From: an uncultured Fidelibacterota bacterium
Lineage (GTDB): Bacteria > Fidelibacterota > Marinisomatia > Marinisomatales > UBA1611
DNA: 64,000 nucleotides
Direction of reading: 5' to 3'
Assembly: GCA_913040915.1 (NCBI GenBank)
Contig: CAJWHW010000004.1
Location: forward strand, 3,367-67,366
Shown: piece after piece, positions 47,204 to 57,818 of the stretch
How the letters are laid out: the number at the start of each line of letters is the position of its first letter
Numbering within the stretch: position 1 is the stretch's first letter
Position numbers and translations under genes: made by a program
The notes under the pieces: generated by a model
Database searches by the model: none
The model's input: only the letters and a program-made list of their open reading frames with translations
Told to the model about the DNA's origin: nothing

Positions 47204-47893
47204 TTGATTATTCATACTCCTGCCATTGTTTTAAATTCATTCCCATATGGTGATACATCTCTAATTGCCAGATGTTTTACAAAAGACCAAGGTAAGGTAA
47301 GTCTAATTGTAAAAGGGGCCCGTACAAAAACCTCACCGAAATCTGCCCAGTTTCAACCAATTAGTTTTATCGATATAATATATCACCAAAAATCAAATCG
47401 GGCATTACAAGTACTCTCTAAAGTTAATTTTCGGGAATCGTGGTCCAGAATTTTAGATGATTTAAAATCAGTCACACTAGCCATGGCTATTTTAGAAATG
47501 ACGGAAAGAACAATCCATGATGATGATCCACATCCTGGGCTATTTTCAATACTTGTCGATGTACTGAGAGCTTATAACCATGGCGAAGTTGATCCAAATT
47601 TATTATTCTGGTTCTATGAATGTAGCTTGTTATCTCACTTAGGCTTCCAACCAAACTTGGACCAAAGAGAATTACCCGGAGTGATACTTCCTGATCCAAA
47701 TCTAGGCCCTAATAGTGGAATTATTTTAGCGAGTCTTTTATCAGAAGATATAACGAAATTACCGAGAGAGGAGATTACTCCGATTGATTTGAAAATTATC
47801 AGCGATTATCTTTGGACATTACTTCGCTATCATTTTGACAATTTGGATAAAATGAAATCTATGGGGGTGGCTAGAAAAATTTTAAATAATTAA
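47204..47893 (+). CDS. recO: DNA repair protein RecO
   Basis: It has an OB-fold N-terminus (PAIVLNSFPYGDTSLIARCFTKDQGKVSLIVKGAR) and typical RecO length. The start is a TTG. Confidence 0.8.
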   Translation: MIIHTPAIVLNSFPYGDTSLIARCFTKDQGKVSLIVKGARTKTSPKSAQFQPISFIDIIYHQKSNRALQVLSKVNFRESWSRILDDLKSVTLAMAILEMTERTIHDDDPHPGLFSILVDVLRAYNHGEVDPNLLFWFYECSLLSHLGFQPNLDQRELPGVILPDPNLGPNSGIILASLLSEDITKLPREEITPIDLKIISDYLWTLLRYHFDNLDKMKSMGVARKILNN

Positions 47894-48011
47894 ATATTCA
47901 ATCATAATCTGATGTAAAAATGTACATCGAATTTATATAAATTATATAAAGCTATAAATTGAAGCTATGGAACTATTTCCAAACCAATGAATTACTTAAT
48001 TTCAAAAGCCT

Positions 48012-48839
48012 ATGAGATATCAATTTCAATCAAACCCAAGCCAATTTTCATATAAACCATCAATATTTACAGATGCGATCAAGATACTTGTTTCTATAAA
48101 TTTTGGTATATTTGTACTGCAAACCATCTCTGGTGCAGAGTCACTATTCTTTCCATTATTCGGACTGGTTCCTAAACTGGTCTGGTCCCAGTTTATGTTA
48201 TGGCAGCCCTTCACTTATTTGTTTTTCCATGGAGGGGTTTGGCACGTACTCATTAATATGTTTGTACTATGGATGTTTGGTAGCGAATTAGAAAGGCTAT
48301 GGGGTAAAGTTCATTTTTTGAGATTTTATTTTATTACTGGCATTGGAGCAGGTCTGCTCACCATGCTTTTTGGCCTTGATTCAATAACGCCAATAGTTGG
48401 AGCCAGTGGGGCTGTTTACGGTATTCTTCTAGCATATGGGCTTACTTATCCAAATCGAACAATTTATCTTTATGGAATCATTCCTATTAAATCATTATGG
48501 TTTATAATTGGTATTGGCACCATTGCTTTTATATCGTCTTTTGATGGAGGCTCCCAAATAAGTCATCTTACACATTTATCGGGCATGGTAATAGGCTACT
48601 TTGTATTAAAAAAGCCTGTTCGTTTGAATGATCTTTGGTTCAGTATTCGCAAACGGACCATGGAATACAAAGTGCAACAACAAGAAAAAAAGTTCTCGGA
48701 ACAGCAAGCCATCGAACTAGACATTGATCGAATTTTAGATAAGATCCACCGCGAAGGATTTGACAGTTTAAGTGAGGAGGAAAATGATCGTTTATACAAA
48801 GGCAGTCAATCCATCTCCCGTTCAAGGAAAAAAGATTGA
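48012..48839 (+). CDS. rhomboid family intramembrane serine protease
   Basis: It has WHVLINM, the catalytic GASGAVYG and a downstream H in a TM helix (HLSGMVIG). Confidence 0.85.
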   Translation: MRYQFQSNPSQFSYKPSIFTDAIKILVSINFGIFVLQTISGAESLFFPLFGLVPKLVWSQFMLWQPFTYLFFHGGVWHVLINMFVLWMFGSELERLWGKVHFLRFYFITGIGAGLLTMLFGLDSITPIVGASGAVYGILLAYGLTYPNRTIYLYGIIPIKSLWFIIGIGTIAFISSFDGGSQISHLTHLSGMVIGYFVLKKPVRLNDLWFSIRKRTMEYKVQQQEKKFSEQQAIELDIDRILDKIHREGFDSLSEEENDRLYKGSQSISRSRKKD

Positions 48840-48898
48840 TTCACTTTTTTGGGGACTTTCTTAATTTTACCTTCTATTAAATCTATTTTAATAAAAAT

Positions 48899-49822
48899 AT
48901 GGATAATCAAAAAGGCACAACTGATTTAGGGACTTTGATTGGTTTCTTAGCTGGCATAAGCATTATTGTGATTGGTGTTGTGCAAAGTGGTGGAAAATTA
49001 TTTTGGTTTTTTAATTTTAATTCTTTGCTAATTGTTGTTGGTGGGACCTTTGCTGCTACTATGGTTAATCTTCCTTTAAAAGCAGTAGGCAATTTATTTA
49101 ATATTTTGAAAAATGTTTTTAAAGGCGAAGATTACAATTATGTTGGGACCATTAATGAAATTGTTGAAAAAGCACAAAAAGCTCGCAAAAATGGGTTACT
49201 TTCATTAGAAAAAGAATTGCCAAACATGCGTGAAGGGTTTTTTAAAAATGGGATTGAGTTAGCTATCAATGAAAGAGAATCTTCTCGTCTTCGAACCTTT
49301 TTGAATCTTGAAATGAATAATATTCAAAACAGGCATATAGCTGGGCAGGAATTATTTCTTTATATGGGGTCCTATGCACCGGCATTTGGAATGTTAGGAA
49401 CTGTATTAGGTCTTATTGTAATGATGAACAATTTTGCAGGCGGTGAAATCACTACTGCAATGGCAACATCTTATGATATAGCAGATCGTTTTGCAGAATT
49501 ATTATCCGGGATGGGTTTAGCTTTAATAACAACCTTCTATGGTGTATTTATGGCTAACATGATTTTTCTCCCAATTGGCGGGAAACTCAAACGGCGTTCC
49601 GAAAATGAAATGATGTTGAAAAGTATTGTTGTTGAAGGTATTATCAGTATTCATGCTCGAGAACATCCTATTTTAATTAAAGAGAAACTTCTGACATTTG
49701 TTCCTGCTTATGTACGCTATAAGCCCGAAGACATTATAATTGAAGATAAACCTCAATCTTCCTTATCAGCCGTAAAGGAAAAACTAGAGGAAGAAAAAGT
49801 AAACAAAGACGAAGAAGGGTAA
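48899..49822 (+). CDS. motA: MotA/PomA-type stator proton-channel protein
   Basis: It has four TM helices with a long cytoplasmic loop, plus the YAPAFGMLGTVLGLI and TTFYGVFMANMIFLPIG motifs. Confidence 0.75.
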   Translation: MDNQKGTTDLGTLIGFLAGISIIVIGVVQSGGKLFWFFNFNSLLIVVGGTFAATMVNLPLKAVGNLFNILKNVFKGEDYNYVGTINEIVEKAQKARKNGLLSLEKELPNMREGFFKNGIELAINERESSRLRTFLNLEMNNIQNRHIAGQELFLYMGSYAPAFGMLGTVLGLIVMMNNFAGGEITTAMATSYDIADRFAELLSGMGLALITTFYGVFMANMIFLPIGGKLKRRSENEMMLKSIVVEGIISIHAREHPILIKEKLLTFVPAYVRYKPEDIIIEDKPQSSLSAVKEKLEEEKVNKDEEG

Positions 49823-49826
49823 TATT

Positions 49827-50561
49827 TTGACGCAATTTCGTCAGCCTGTTTCCATGGATGAAAGGAAAGCTAAAGCTACTGCATGGGCATTAACATTTGC
49901 AGATATGGTCACATTATTGCTTACATTTTTTGTTTTATTGCTTGTAATTCTCAATGATGCGGAAAAACAGATTGATGCAGTTATTAATAAACTGTTGGAT
50001 GATACTTATGAAAAAATGAATGATGATTTAAGCTCCGCTACTGTATCTGTTGATAGAGTCACAAAAGGTATTAAAATCACAATTCGTGGAAATTTATTTA
50101 AATCTACTGCAGCAGACGTTGAACCTGAATATTATCCTGTAATACATCAAATTGGTAAAATTATTAGGGAATCAGAAGTAATCAATATATTTGATGATGC
50201 CGGTTATGCCAATATATTAGAATTAATTCATAATCGAGGCTCTCAATTGAATGTGGAAGTACGGTGTGAAGGACATACAGATGATGAAAAATTACCACCA
50301 AATTCGGATTATCCTAGTAACTGGGAACTATCAGCAGCTAGGTCCTTGAATTTAGTGCGAATTATGAATAAATATGCTGCTATGCCTGAAAAATATTTTT
50401 CTGCCATGGGATATGGTGAATTCCGACCTATTATTGATGTCGGTTCTATTCGTAATCCAGAAGAAAAGAGAAAAGCTCGAGCCATAAACCGTAGAGTCGA
50501 AATCTATTTAGATGCTTTCTTAAAGAAAAAGGTATTATCAGAAATTAAAATAAACGTTTAA
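49827..50561 (+). CDS. motB: MotB-type stator protein with OmpA-like peptidoglycan-binding domain
   Basis: It has a single TM helix with a conserved Asp (TFADMVTLLLTFF), and the C-terminal motifs NWELSAARS and NRRVEI. The start is a TTG. Confidence 0.75.
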   Translation: MTQFRQPVSMDERKAKATAWALTFADMVTLLLTFFVLLLVILNDAEKQIDAVINKLLDDTYEKMNDDLSSATVSVDRVTKGIKITIRGNLFKSTAADVEPEYYPVIHQIGKIIRESEVINIFDDAGYANILELIHNRGSQLNVEVRCEGHTDDEKLPPNSDYPSNWELSAARSLNLVRIMNKYAAMPEKYFSAMGYGEFRPIIDVGSIRNPEEKRKARAINRRVEIYLDAFLKKKVLSEIKINV

Positions 50562-50573
50562 AATTTATTACTT

Positions 50574-50933
50574 CTAAGGTTTTTCAGTTATTTTTGGTAT
50601 TACTTTAAAAACTTTTTCTCCTGGCTTTGCCATCCTAAATCGTTCACGGGCCAATTTTTCAATATATTCTAGATCATTCTCCAATCTGTTTTTTTCAGCG
50701 ATAAGTGTTTCCCTATTGGCCCTCAATTCACCAATTTTTTTCTGAATTTGCACTCTTTCTTGTTTAAGTGTATAAAGTTGGAATAGCCCGTGGTCTCCAA
50801 AAATGAAAATGATCAGTAATGTGATACCTATCAATAACAATATACCGCGCACGAATTGACGCTGTGTTTCAGCAATTTGGTATTTAATTGTTTTTGGTTC
50901 GCCTTGTCTTTTCATTTTTGAATATTGTATCAT
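50574..50933 (-). CDS. ftsB: septum formation initiator (FtsB/DivIC family)
   Basis: It has a single TM helix followed by a coiled coil ([32 protein letters not shown]). It lies immediately downstream of eno, as in many bacteria. Confidence 0.7.
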   Translation of the reverse strand: MIQYSKMKRQGEPKTIKYQIAETQRQFVRGILLLIGITLLIIFIFGDHGLFQLYTLKQERVQIQKKIGELRANRETLIAEKNRLENDLEYIEKLARERFRMAKPGEKVFKVIPKITEKP

Positions 50934-52219
50934 TTAGAATGCCCTAGAACATCGATTGTGGCAAACCTTGCTGATGTCCCTAATTCTTCCTCAATTCTTA
51001 TAAGCTGATTGTATTTACAAACCCTATCCGTGCGAGAAGCAGAGCCAGTTTTGATTTGCCCCATGCCCATGGCAACAGCGAAATCTGCAATAGTAGTATC
51101 TTCTGTCTCACCAGATCGATGAGAAATTATTGCACCGTATTCTGCGTTTCTTGCCATTTCCACAGCTTGAATTGTTTCTGTTACAGTACCAATTTGATTT
51201 AGTTTGATAAGGATCCCATTCATACTATTTTCATTAATAGCACGTTCTAAGCGATTAATATTAGTAACCGTCAAATCATCTCCAACAATTTGAATTTTTT
51301 CTCCAAATTCTGATGTAAAATAATTCCACCCTGACCAATCATCTTCATGCAGGCCATCTTCAATAGAAACGATAGGGTACTTGGTAGCTAAGCTCCCAAG
51401 ATATTGCACCATTTCTGTAGATGAAAGTGATTTACCTTCAGATTCTAAATGATACTTTCCATCCTTATATAATTCACTAGCTGCTACATCCAATGCTATA
51501 TACAGATCTTTTCCTGATTTATATCCTGATTTTACAATTGCCTCTAATATTACCTCAATAGCTTCTTCGTTAGATGATAAATTAGGTGCAAAGCCTCCTT
51601 CATCTCCAACTGCTGTATTCATTTCTTTAGATTTGAGTACGGATTTCAAACAGTGAAAAACTTCTGTTCCCATCTGCAGAGCCTCAGAAAATGTATTTGC
51701 ACCAAATGGGAAAATCATAAATTCCTGGATATCTACTGTATTATCTGCATGACTGCCACCATTAAGAATATTCATCATGGGAACAGGAAGTATTCTTGCT
51801 TTGTCTCCGCCTAAATAATGGTAAAGAGGTCGACCTGTTACTTTTGCGCCAGCGTGTGCAGCAGCCATTGATACACCCAATAATGCATTAGCTCCAAGGT
51901 TGGATTTATTATCTGTGCCATCTAATCGAATCATTAATTGATCTATTTCTACTTGATTAGTTACATCCATACCTTTCAGTGCACTAGCTATAGTAGAATT
52001 AATATGTGTAATTGCAGATCGTACGCCTTTACCCATATATCTTTTATGATCGCCATCCCGCATTTCAATAGCCTCATGATCACCAGTGGATGCACCTGAA
52101 GGGACTGCCGCCCGCCCTAAAATATTATTTGTGAGAAAAATATCAACCTCTACGGTTGGATTCCCGCGAGAATCTAATATCTCGCGGGCATGGATTTTTT
52201 CAATAGCAGAATTCAACAA
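50930..52219 (-). CDS. eno: enolase
   Basis: It has [13 protein letters not shown] and SHRSGETED, and is 429 aa long. Confidence 0.97.
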   Translation of the reverse strand: MLNSAIEKIHAREILDSRGNPTVEVDIFLTNNILGRAAVPSGASTGDHEAIEMRDGDHKRYMGKGVRSAITHINSTIASALKGMDVTNQVEIDQLMIRLDGTDNKSNLGANALLGVSMAAAHAGAKVTGRPLYHYLGGDKARILPVPMMNILNGGSHADNTVDIQEFMIFPFGANTFSEALQMGTEVFHCLKSVLKSKEMNTAVGDEGGFAPNLSSNEEAIEVILEAIVKSGYKSGKDLYIALDVAASELYKDGKYHLESEGKSLSSTEMVQYLGSLATKYPIVSIEDGLHEDDWSGWNYFTSEFGEKIQIVGDDLTVTNINRLERAINENSMNGILIKLNQIGTVTETIQAVEMARNAEYGAIISHRSGETEDTTIADFAVAMGMGQIKTGSASRTDRVCKYNQLIRIEEELGTSARFATIDVLGHSK

Positions 52220-52334
52220 TTACTCCTGTAAATTATATGACCAAATTAGAAATAGTGATAACCACCATTCAATAGGAATAACATTTAATTGAGATTTTGG
52301 AACAAGTAAAAAATTACTCCATTAAACTAGATTC

Positions 52335-53300
52335 ATGTTCGAATTAAAATCATATAATCAAAAAGAAGAATCCCAGTGGGATGATTTTGTGGGAAAAAGT
52401 AATAATGGAACCATATTTCATCTCCGCCGATTTTTAAATTATCATCCGAAAGGTCGTTTCAAAGACCAAAGTATTTTAATAGAGAAAAAGGGGAAGTTAT
52501 TTTCAGTATTACCAGCTGTAGAGCATGATTTACAAGGCTCCAAGTATTTAATTTCTCACCCTGGTTCAACAGTAGGATCATTTGTTGTGGCAGAGAATTT
52601 ATCTATAGCCGATGCAATGGAGATAGTATCACTTTTGATAGAATTTGCGAAAAAGAATAATTTTGATGGTGTTCGTATTACTTTACCACCAGTACTTTAC
52701 CAAAGGCGTTTATCCCATTATTTAGATTTTGCTTTTTTCAAATCAGGATTTAAATATTTAAAAAGAGATTTGACCAGTATACTTTTTTTAGAAAACTCAT
52801 TGCAGCAAAACCTAGATAAGTTTAGATCATCTCATAAAAGAGCAGTACGAAATGCAGAGTCAAAAGGAGTACTTGTAAAGAAGACAAATGATTTTGCTAC
52901 TTTCTATAAAATATTAGAGAAAAATCTGAATATTAGACATGGTGTTACTCCTACTCATAATTTAAATGAATTATTGGATCTTCATCAGCGATTCCCTGAA
53001 AGAATCAATTTATTTGGTGCATTTATTAATAATCAAATGGTAGCAGGTGTTGTGAATTTTATAGTAAATAAACAGGTCGTATTAGCTTTCTATATCAGCC
53101 ATGATGAATCATTTAAAGATTACCGAGCCGTTAACTTGCTATTTTTTTCTATTTTTGATTGGGCAATTCAACAAAAGTTCAAGATTTATGATTTTGGCAT
53201 TTTTACAGTAAATGGTGAACCGAATATGGGGCTAGGTAGGTTTAAGGAAAATTTTGGTTCCAGCGGTATTTTCAGAGATACGATCGAAATTAAACTTTAA
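52335..53300 (+). CDS. FemAB-like / GNAT-fold acyl- or aminoacyl-transferase
   Basis: It has the length and tandem GNAT-like layout of the FemAB family and a KENFGS C-terminal motif. It is the first gene of the glycan cluster. Confidence 0.55.
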   Translation: MFELKSYNQKEESQWDDFVGKSNNGTIFHLRRFLNYHPKGRFKDQSILIEKKGKLFSVLPAVEHDLQGSKYLISHPGSTVGSFVVAENLSIADAMEIVSLLIEFAKKNNFDGVRITLPPVLYQRRLSHYLDFAFFKSGFKYLKRDLTSILFLENSLQQNLDKFRSSHKRAVRNAESKGVLVKKTNDFATFYKILEKNLNIRHGVTPTHNLNELLDLHQRFPERINLFGAFINNQMVAGVVNFIVNKQVVLAFYISHDESFKDYRAVNLLFFSIFDWAIQQKFKIYDFGIFTVNGEPNMGLGRFKENFGSSGIFRDTIEIKL

Positions 53301-53305
53301 TAATA

Positions 53306-54739
53306 ATGTCACTAAAAAGTCTTGGTAAGCAGTCACTCATTTATGGATTGGGCCATATTATATCCCGATTAGTTACATTCCTTTTATTACCGCTTTATAC
53401 GAATGTTTTTACAACGGAAGAATACGGTGTTGTTGCACTTTTCTACACTTTTCTGGGATTCATGAATGTTATTATGAGATATGGATTAGGTGCAGCTTTT
53501 TTAAAATATTATGTTCCAGCAAGTCCTAATGATAGAAATGCTGTTTTATCCAATGTTATTACTTCGCTGGTGATGACGGGAATTCCATTTTTGATTATTT
53601 GGCATTTTGCAAATGAATTACTTTCTCCAATAATACTTGGAATCAATGAGCCAAGTTACATATCCATCATGGGAGTAATTATAGTTGTGGATACAATTTG
53701 GTCAATTCCCTTGTTGGGCTTTCGCGCTGAAAATCAACCATTATTGTTTACAGCATATAGTTTACTTAATGTAGGTATTACTATAGGATTAAATCTTTTT
53801 TTGATATTAAAAATGGGCTTAGGGATTAAAGCTATTTTCTATAGTAATTTGACTGCTTCTATCATAGTTCTGATATTGTGCCTTCCTTTTATTTGGAAAC
53901 GATTTGTTATTGCAGATATTTCCTTCAATCTCTGGAAAAAGATTCTTTCTTTTGCTGTCCCTTTTTTGCCTGCAGGGCTTTTTTCTATGACTATGGAACT
54001 AGCTGATAGATATATTCTAAAAATGCTTACAGATCTTTCAACAGTTGGTATTTATAATGCTGGGTATAAAGTTAGTATGTTAATGATGCTCGCAGTGACT
54101 GCTTTTAATTATGGTTGGCAACCTTATTTTTTGGAAGAAGGAAAACAAGGAGAAAAAAATCAATTATTTAGCAGGATCACCACTTTTGTTGTAGCAATAT
54201 TGGGATTTATTTGGCTTCTTTTGGTATTGTGGGCTGATGATTTTATAAAAATAAAAATTATGGGGTATTCATTTTTAGGAGAAGATTTTCAATCTTCTCT
54301 TTCAATCGTTCCTTGGATAGGACTGGGATATGTATTTTATGGGTTTTATGTGCTACAAACTCCTGGATTATTTTTAAAAAACCGTCCTGGGGTTGCAGCC
54401 TGGACACGGGGAGTAGGCGCAGTGACGAACATTATACTGTGTTTTTTACTAATTCCTCATTATGGTGCAAAAGGTGCTGCAGTAGCAACTTGCTTTTCTT
54501 TTATGGCTATGTTTATCATGATTTATCTGATGAATACAAAATTATATCCAATTGATTTGGAATGGAGCAAGTTAACTGCTATCGGTATCATGATGTTTTC
54601 TGGATATTTTGCTTCTCTACTCTTAAATGATCATTGGGGAGTTAATCTGATAATTACAGCACTTTATCCGATTCTTGTTTTATCATCAAAACTGATAAAA
54701 ACAGGTATGGTCGCAGAAATGATTGGTGATGATGAATGA
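53306..54739 (+). CDS. polysaccharide/oligosaccharide flippase (MOP superfamily, Wzx-like)
   Basis: It is 477 aa with about 12-14 TM helices and the N-terminal motif GLGHIISRLVTFLLLPLYT, typical of polysaccharide biosynthesis proteins. Confidence 0.8.
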   Translation: MSLKSLGKQSLIYGLGHIISRLVTFLLLPLYTNVFTTEEYGVVALFYTFLGFMNVIMRYGLGAAFLKYYVPASPNDRNAVLSNVITSLVMTGIPFLIIWHFANELLSPIILGINEPSYISIMGVIIVVDTIWSIPLLGFRAENQPLLFTAYSLLNVGITIGLNLFLILKMGLGIKAIFYSNLTASIIVLILCLPFIWKRFVIADISFNLWKKILSFAVPFLPAGLFSMTMELADRYILKMLTDLSTVGIYNAGYKVSMLMMLAVTAFNYGWQPYFLEEGKQGEKNQLFSRITTFVVAILGFIWLLLVLWADDFIKIKIMGYSFLGEDFQSSLSIVPWIGLGYVFYGFYVLQTPGLFLKNRPGVAAWTRGVGAVTNIILCFLLIPHYGAKGAAVATCFSFMAMFIMIYLMNTKLYPIDLEWSKLTAIGIMMFSGYFASLLLNDHWGVNLIITALYPILVLSSKLIKTGMVAEMIGDDE

Positions 54740-55623
54740 ATGGGCTTCAACCTAATTTTTTTATTATAGGAGCACCAAAGTGCGGTACCACATCCATGTC
54801 AGTGTATTTATCGAGTCATCCTGATATCATTATTTCCAATCCAAAGGAACCACATTATTTCAGCAAAGATATTAATAACGGTGGTATCCGTAAAATGCAA
54901 GAGTACTTAGATTGTTTTTCATCAGTAGATAAAAAGGCCAATGCTATTGGGGAAGCATCAACGCTTTATCTTTATTCAAAAGTTGCGGTTCCAAATATAT
55001 TGGCTTTTAATAAAGATGTTAGATTCATAGTTATGCTTAGAAATCCTAAAGAAGTTGCTTATTCTTATCATCAGCTTGCATTAAAAATGTTTGGTGAAAC
55101 AGAAACAAATTTTGAAACAGCATGGGATTATTTAGATGACAGGCAAGAAGGTAAACATGTGCCAGCCGGCTGCCCAGATAATAAATTAATTTGTTATGGT
55201 AACATTGCAAAATTTGGAGAGCAAATAGAACAGTTGCTTTCAATAGTGGATCATAAAAAAGTACATTTTATAATTTTTGAAGATCTGGATAAAAATCCAA
55301 AAAAAGAATTTCAAAGTGTACTTGAGTTTTTAAATCTAGATTCACACTACCAGACAAACTTTGTAATTCATAATCCAACTCAAACTATCAAAAATTTATT
55401 TGTTACAAAAATGATAAATAAAGCTTTCGGGATGAAAAAAGCTTTGGGTATTACAAAGCAATTCGGTATTGCAAATAAAATTCATTCATCAAATATTAAA
55501 CAGGGAAAACATAAGTTGTTAGATAATCAACTGTTAATCAAAATGAATGAATTTTTTCATGATGACATTCAGTTATTATCAACTCTGTTAGATAAAGATT
55601 TTACTCATTGGCTAAAAAATTAA
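54736..55623 (+). CDS. sulfotransferase (PAPS-dependent)
   Basis: It has the 5'-PSB loop IIGAPKCGTTS and the 3'-PB motif MLRNPKEVAYSYH. Confidence 0.8.
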   Translation: MNGLQPNFFIIGAPKCGTTSMSVYLSSHPDIIISNPKEPHYFSKDINNGGIRKMQEYLDCFSSVDKKANAIGEASTLYLYSKVAVPNILAFNKDVRFIVMLRNPKEVAYSYHQLALKMFGETETNFETAWDYLDDRQEGKHVPAGCPDNKLICYGNIAKFGEQIEQLLSIVDHKKVHFIIFEDLDKNPKKEFQSVLEFLNLDSHYQTNFVIHNPTQTIKNLFVTKMINKAFGMKKALGITKQFGIANKIHSSNIKQGKHKLLDNQLLIKMNEFFHDDIQLLSTLLDKDFTHWLKN

Positions 55624-56594
55624 ATATAGGTTTTATTGGCGGTACTGGGCGCTGTGGCACATCTATTTTACGCAGAATTATAGCTTCCCATTCTCAGGTT
55701 GCGACCTTGCCGACTGAATACAAGATTACTATAGAGCCAGAAGGAGTCATAGATTATTACAATAGTTTTTCTAGTAGCTGGTCTCCCTATTTAGCAGATC
55801 AAAAACTAAAAAGATTAGAATCCTTTTTATACTCCCTTTCATCTAAATCAATAGTAGATAAGTCAATTCATTATTTATTAAGAATATTTTCAATATTTGG
55901 AATACCAATTACACCAAAAGTGTATTTAGATTTAGAACTTAGTAGATCAATACCTTCATACTTACATCATGTAGACACTTTAATTAATGAGCTAACAGAC
56001 TTTACGTATTCTGCTAATAGATTGGGTATGGATAGTTACACATTACATCCAAAGATTAGATATGCTTCATTTGCAACCAAATCAGAACTCCAACCAGTTT
56101 TTAAAAAATTTATTTCAAATCTTATTAAAGATTTTTTAAAGCACCAGAAAAAAGATTTTTTTATAGAAGATAACACATGGAATATTCTCTTTGCTAATGA
56201 TTTGTTACAAATTTTACCTGATGCAAAATTTATTTCGATTATCCGAGACCCAAGAGATGTAGTCACTTCGCTTGCAAACCAACCATGGATGCCAAATGAT
56301 AAAAGTAAAGTAGCAATCATATATAATGATATAATGTCCCATTGGCTTGAGATCCAAACAAAGTTACCAGTGAATCGTTGGATACAGATTAAATTGGAAG
56401 ATTTAACCCGTACACCGGAAAAGGAGTTAAAAAATATCTGTTCTTTCTTAGAGCTTCCATGGGAAGCTCAGTTACTTGAAATGGATTTAACAAAATCAAA
56501 TTCAGGGCGATGGAAAAAAGAAATTCATAATCACGAAACCAATCAGGTTTTGTCCCTACTACAAGAAAATATTGAATTATTGGGTTATGAATAA
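55608..56594 (+). CDS. sulfotransferase family protein (second paralog type)
   Basis: It has a 5'-PSB-like loop GGTGRCGTSIL and the 3'-PB motif IIRDPRDVVTS. Confidence 0.7.
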   Translation: MAKKLNIGFIGGTGRCGTSILRRIIASHSQVATLPTEYKITIEPEGVIDYYNSFSSSWSPYLADQKLKRLESFLYSLSSKSIVDKSIHYLLRIFSIFGIPITPKVYLDLELSRSIPSYLHHVDTLINELTDFTYSANRLGMDSYTLHPKIRYASFATKSELQPVFKKFISNLIKDFLKHQKKDFFIEDNTWNILFANDLLQILPDAKFISIIRDPRDVVTSLANQPWMPNDKSKVAIIYNDIMSHWLEIQTKLPVNRWIQIKLEDLTRTPEKELKNICSFLELPWEAQLLEMDLTKSNSGRWKKEIHNHETNQVLSLLQENIELLGYE

Positions 56595-57816
56595 GGCAAA
56601 TGTTGCTCTTAGGGAATTCCCATTTCCTGCTCATTGCGCGGTTGCAATATCCAGCGATATTGATAATGCAAGTTCTGTTGATTCTTTTAAAGAGATTATG
56701 AATTATTTTAATAGTTCATCTAATACAATCTTTGGTAATGGCTTAGGGTTAGAAGTTGGAAACAGTTTTTGGTTTTATACAAACTCAAACAAACCGCAAC
56801 TTTCATATTTTGAAGGTATCACAACCAGAAAAAGTAAATTTGCACCTATCATTCGTGAATTATGGAAGAGTGGCCATATTGATACGATGCATTCTTGGGG
56901 TAATTTTGACTTGGGTGGCTTCGATAGAAGCCTGGCAGATGCTGGATTGAATGAGCTGCAAAAATGTTCAACAAAGATCCCTGTTTGGGTCAATCACGGA
57001 GTTGGTTTAAATCTTCAAAAACTAGGTAACTACCCTAATATGAAAGGAGATGATCCTAGTCATGATGCATATCATTTAGATCTATCGGTTGAAGCTGGTT
57101 GTGAGTATTTCTGGATCGGGAAAACAACCCATATCATTGGTCAAAATTCACACCCATCAATAACAAACAAATTAAAATTAGGATTACAATGGCTTATTAA
57201 ACGCACAAAATATTACGGGACTAAAGATCCAATATATGATGATGGGAATGAACTTCTTTTTCCAATTGAATTTCGTGATGGTCGGAAAATGTGGGAGTTT
57301 ATTCGATTTATTAATGCTTGGGGACAAGAACATATTTTAGATATTAATGAACTTACCAAACAGTTGAATCCTAGTATTATCAAAAGGCTCATAAAAAACC
57401 AAGGTTATATGATATTGTATACACATCTCAATGAACATGTTGATTTAGCGGGCTTGCCACAGTCATTAGTCAAAAATTTATTTTATTTACAAGAACATGT
57501 TGTGAATGGCAATATATTGATGGGGACGACATCCAGAATCCTTAAATACAAAGAAATCCGAGATTATCTATCTTACAAGATTGTTGAAACTGATAATGAA
57601 GTTAAAATTGAAGTTCAGGACTTTATAGAAACTCCAATTGGGGTCAAAAAAATTCAAGAGAATCAATTAATGGGAGTCACCTTCTATTGTGATACTCCGG
57701 AAAAAACCACCATATTACTGGGAAAAACCAAATTAGATTTTAAAATTAACCCTAAAGATGAGACAGGCAGACAGTCCATATCAATACCTTGGCAAAATCT
57801 GATTTATCCTAGTTAA
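56572..57816 (+). CDS. hypothetical protein in glycan cluster
   Basis: It is a 414-aa soluble ORF (alternative start ATG 56587). I do not recognise a family, and it is coding only by length and context. Confidence 0.4.
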   Translation: MNYWVMNKANVALREFPFPAHCAVAISSDIDNASSVDSFKEIMNYFNSSSNTIFGNGLGLEVGNSFWFYTNSNKPQLSYFEGITTRKSKFAPIIRELWKSGHIDTMHSWGNFDLGGFDRSLADAGLNELQKCSTKIPVWVNHGVGLNLQKLGNYPNMKGDDPSHDAYHLDLSVEAGCEYFWIGKTTHIIGQNSHPSITNKLKLGLQWLIKRTKYYGTKDPIYDDGNELLFPIEFRDGRKMWEFIRFINAWGQEHILDINELTKQLNPSIIKRLIKNQGYMILYTHLNEHVDLAGLPQSLVKNLFYLQEHVVNGNILMGTTSRILKYKEIRDYLSYKIVETDNEVKIEVQDFIETPIGVKKIQENQLMGVTFYCDTPEKTTILLGKTKLDFKINPKDETGRQSISIPWQNLIYPS

Positions 57817-57818
57817 AA

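Noticed and set aside
48899-50561. Interpretation of the MotA/MotB pair as ExbB/ExbD or TolQ/TolR.
   Set aside because: The second protein has a C-terminal OmpA-like peptidoglycan-binding domain (NRRVEI), and the first has four TM helices with a long cytoplasmic loop. Both fit Mot/Pom stators rather than Exb/Tol.
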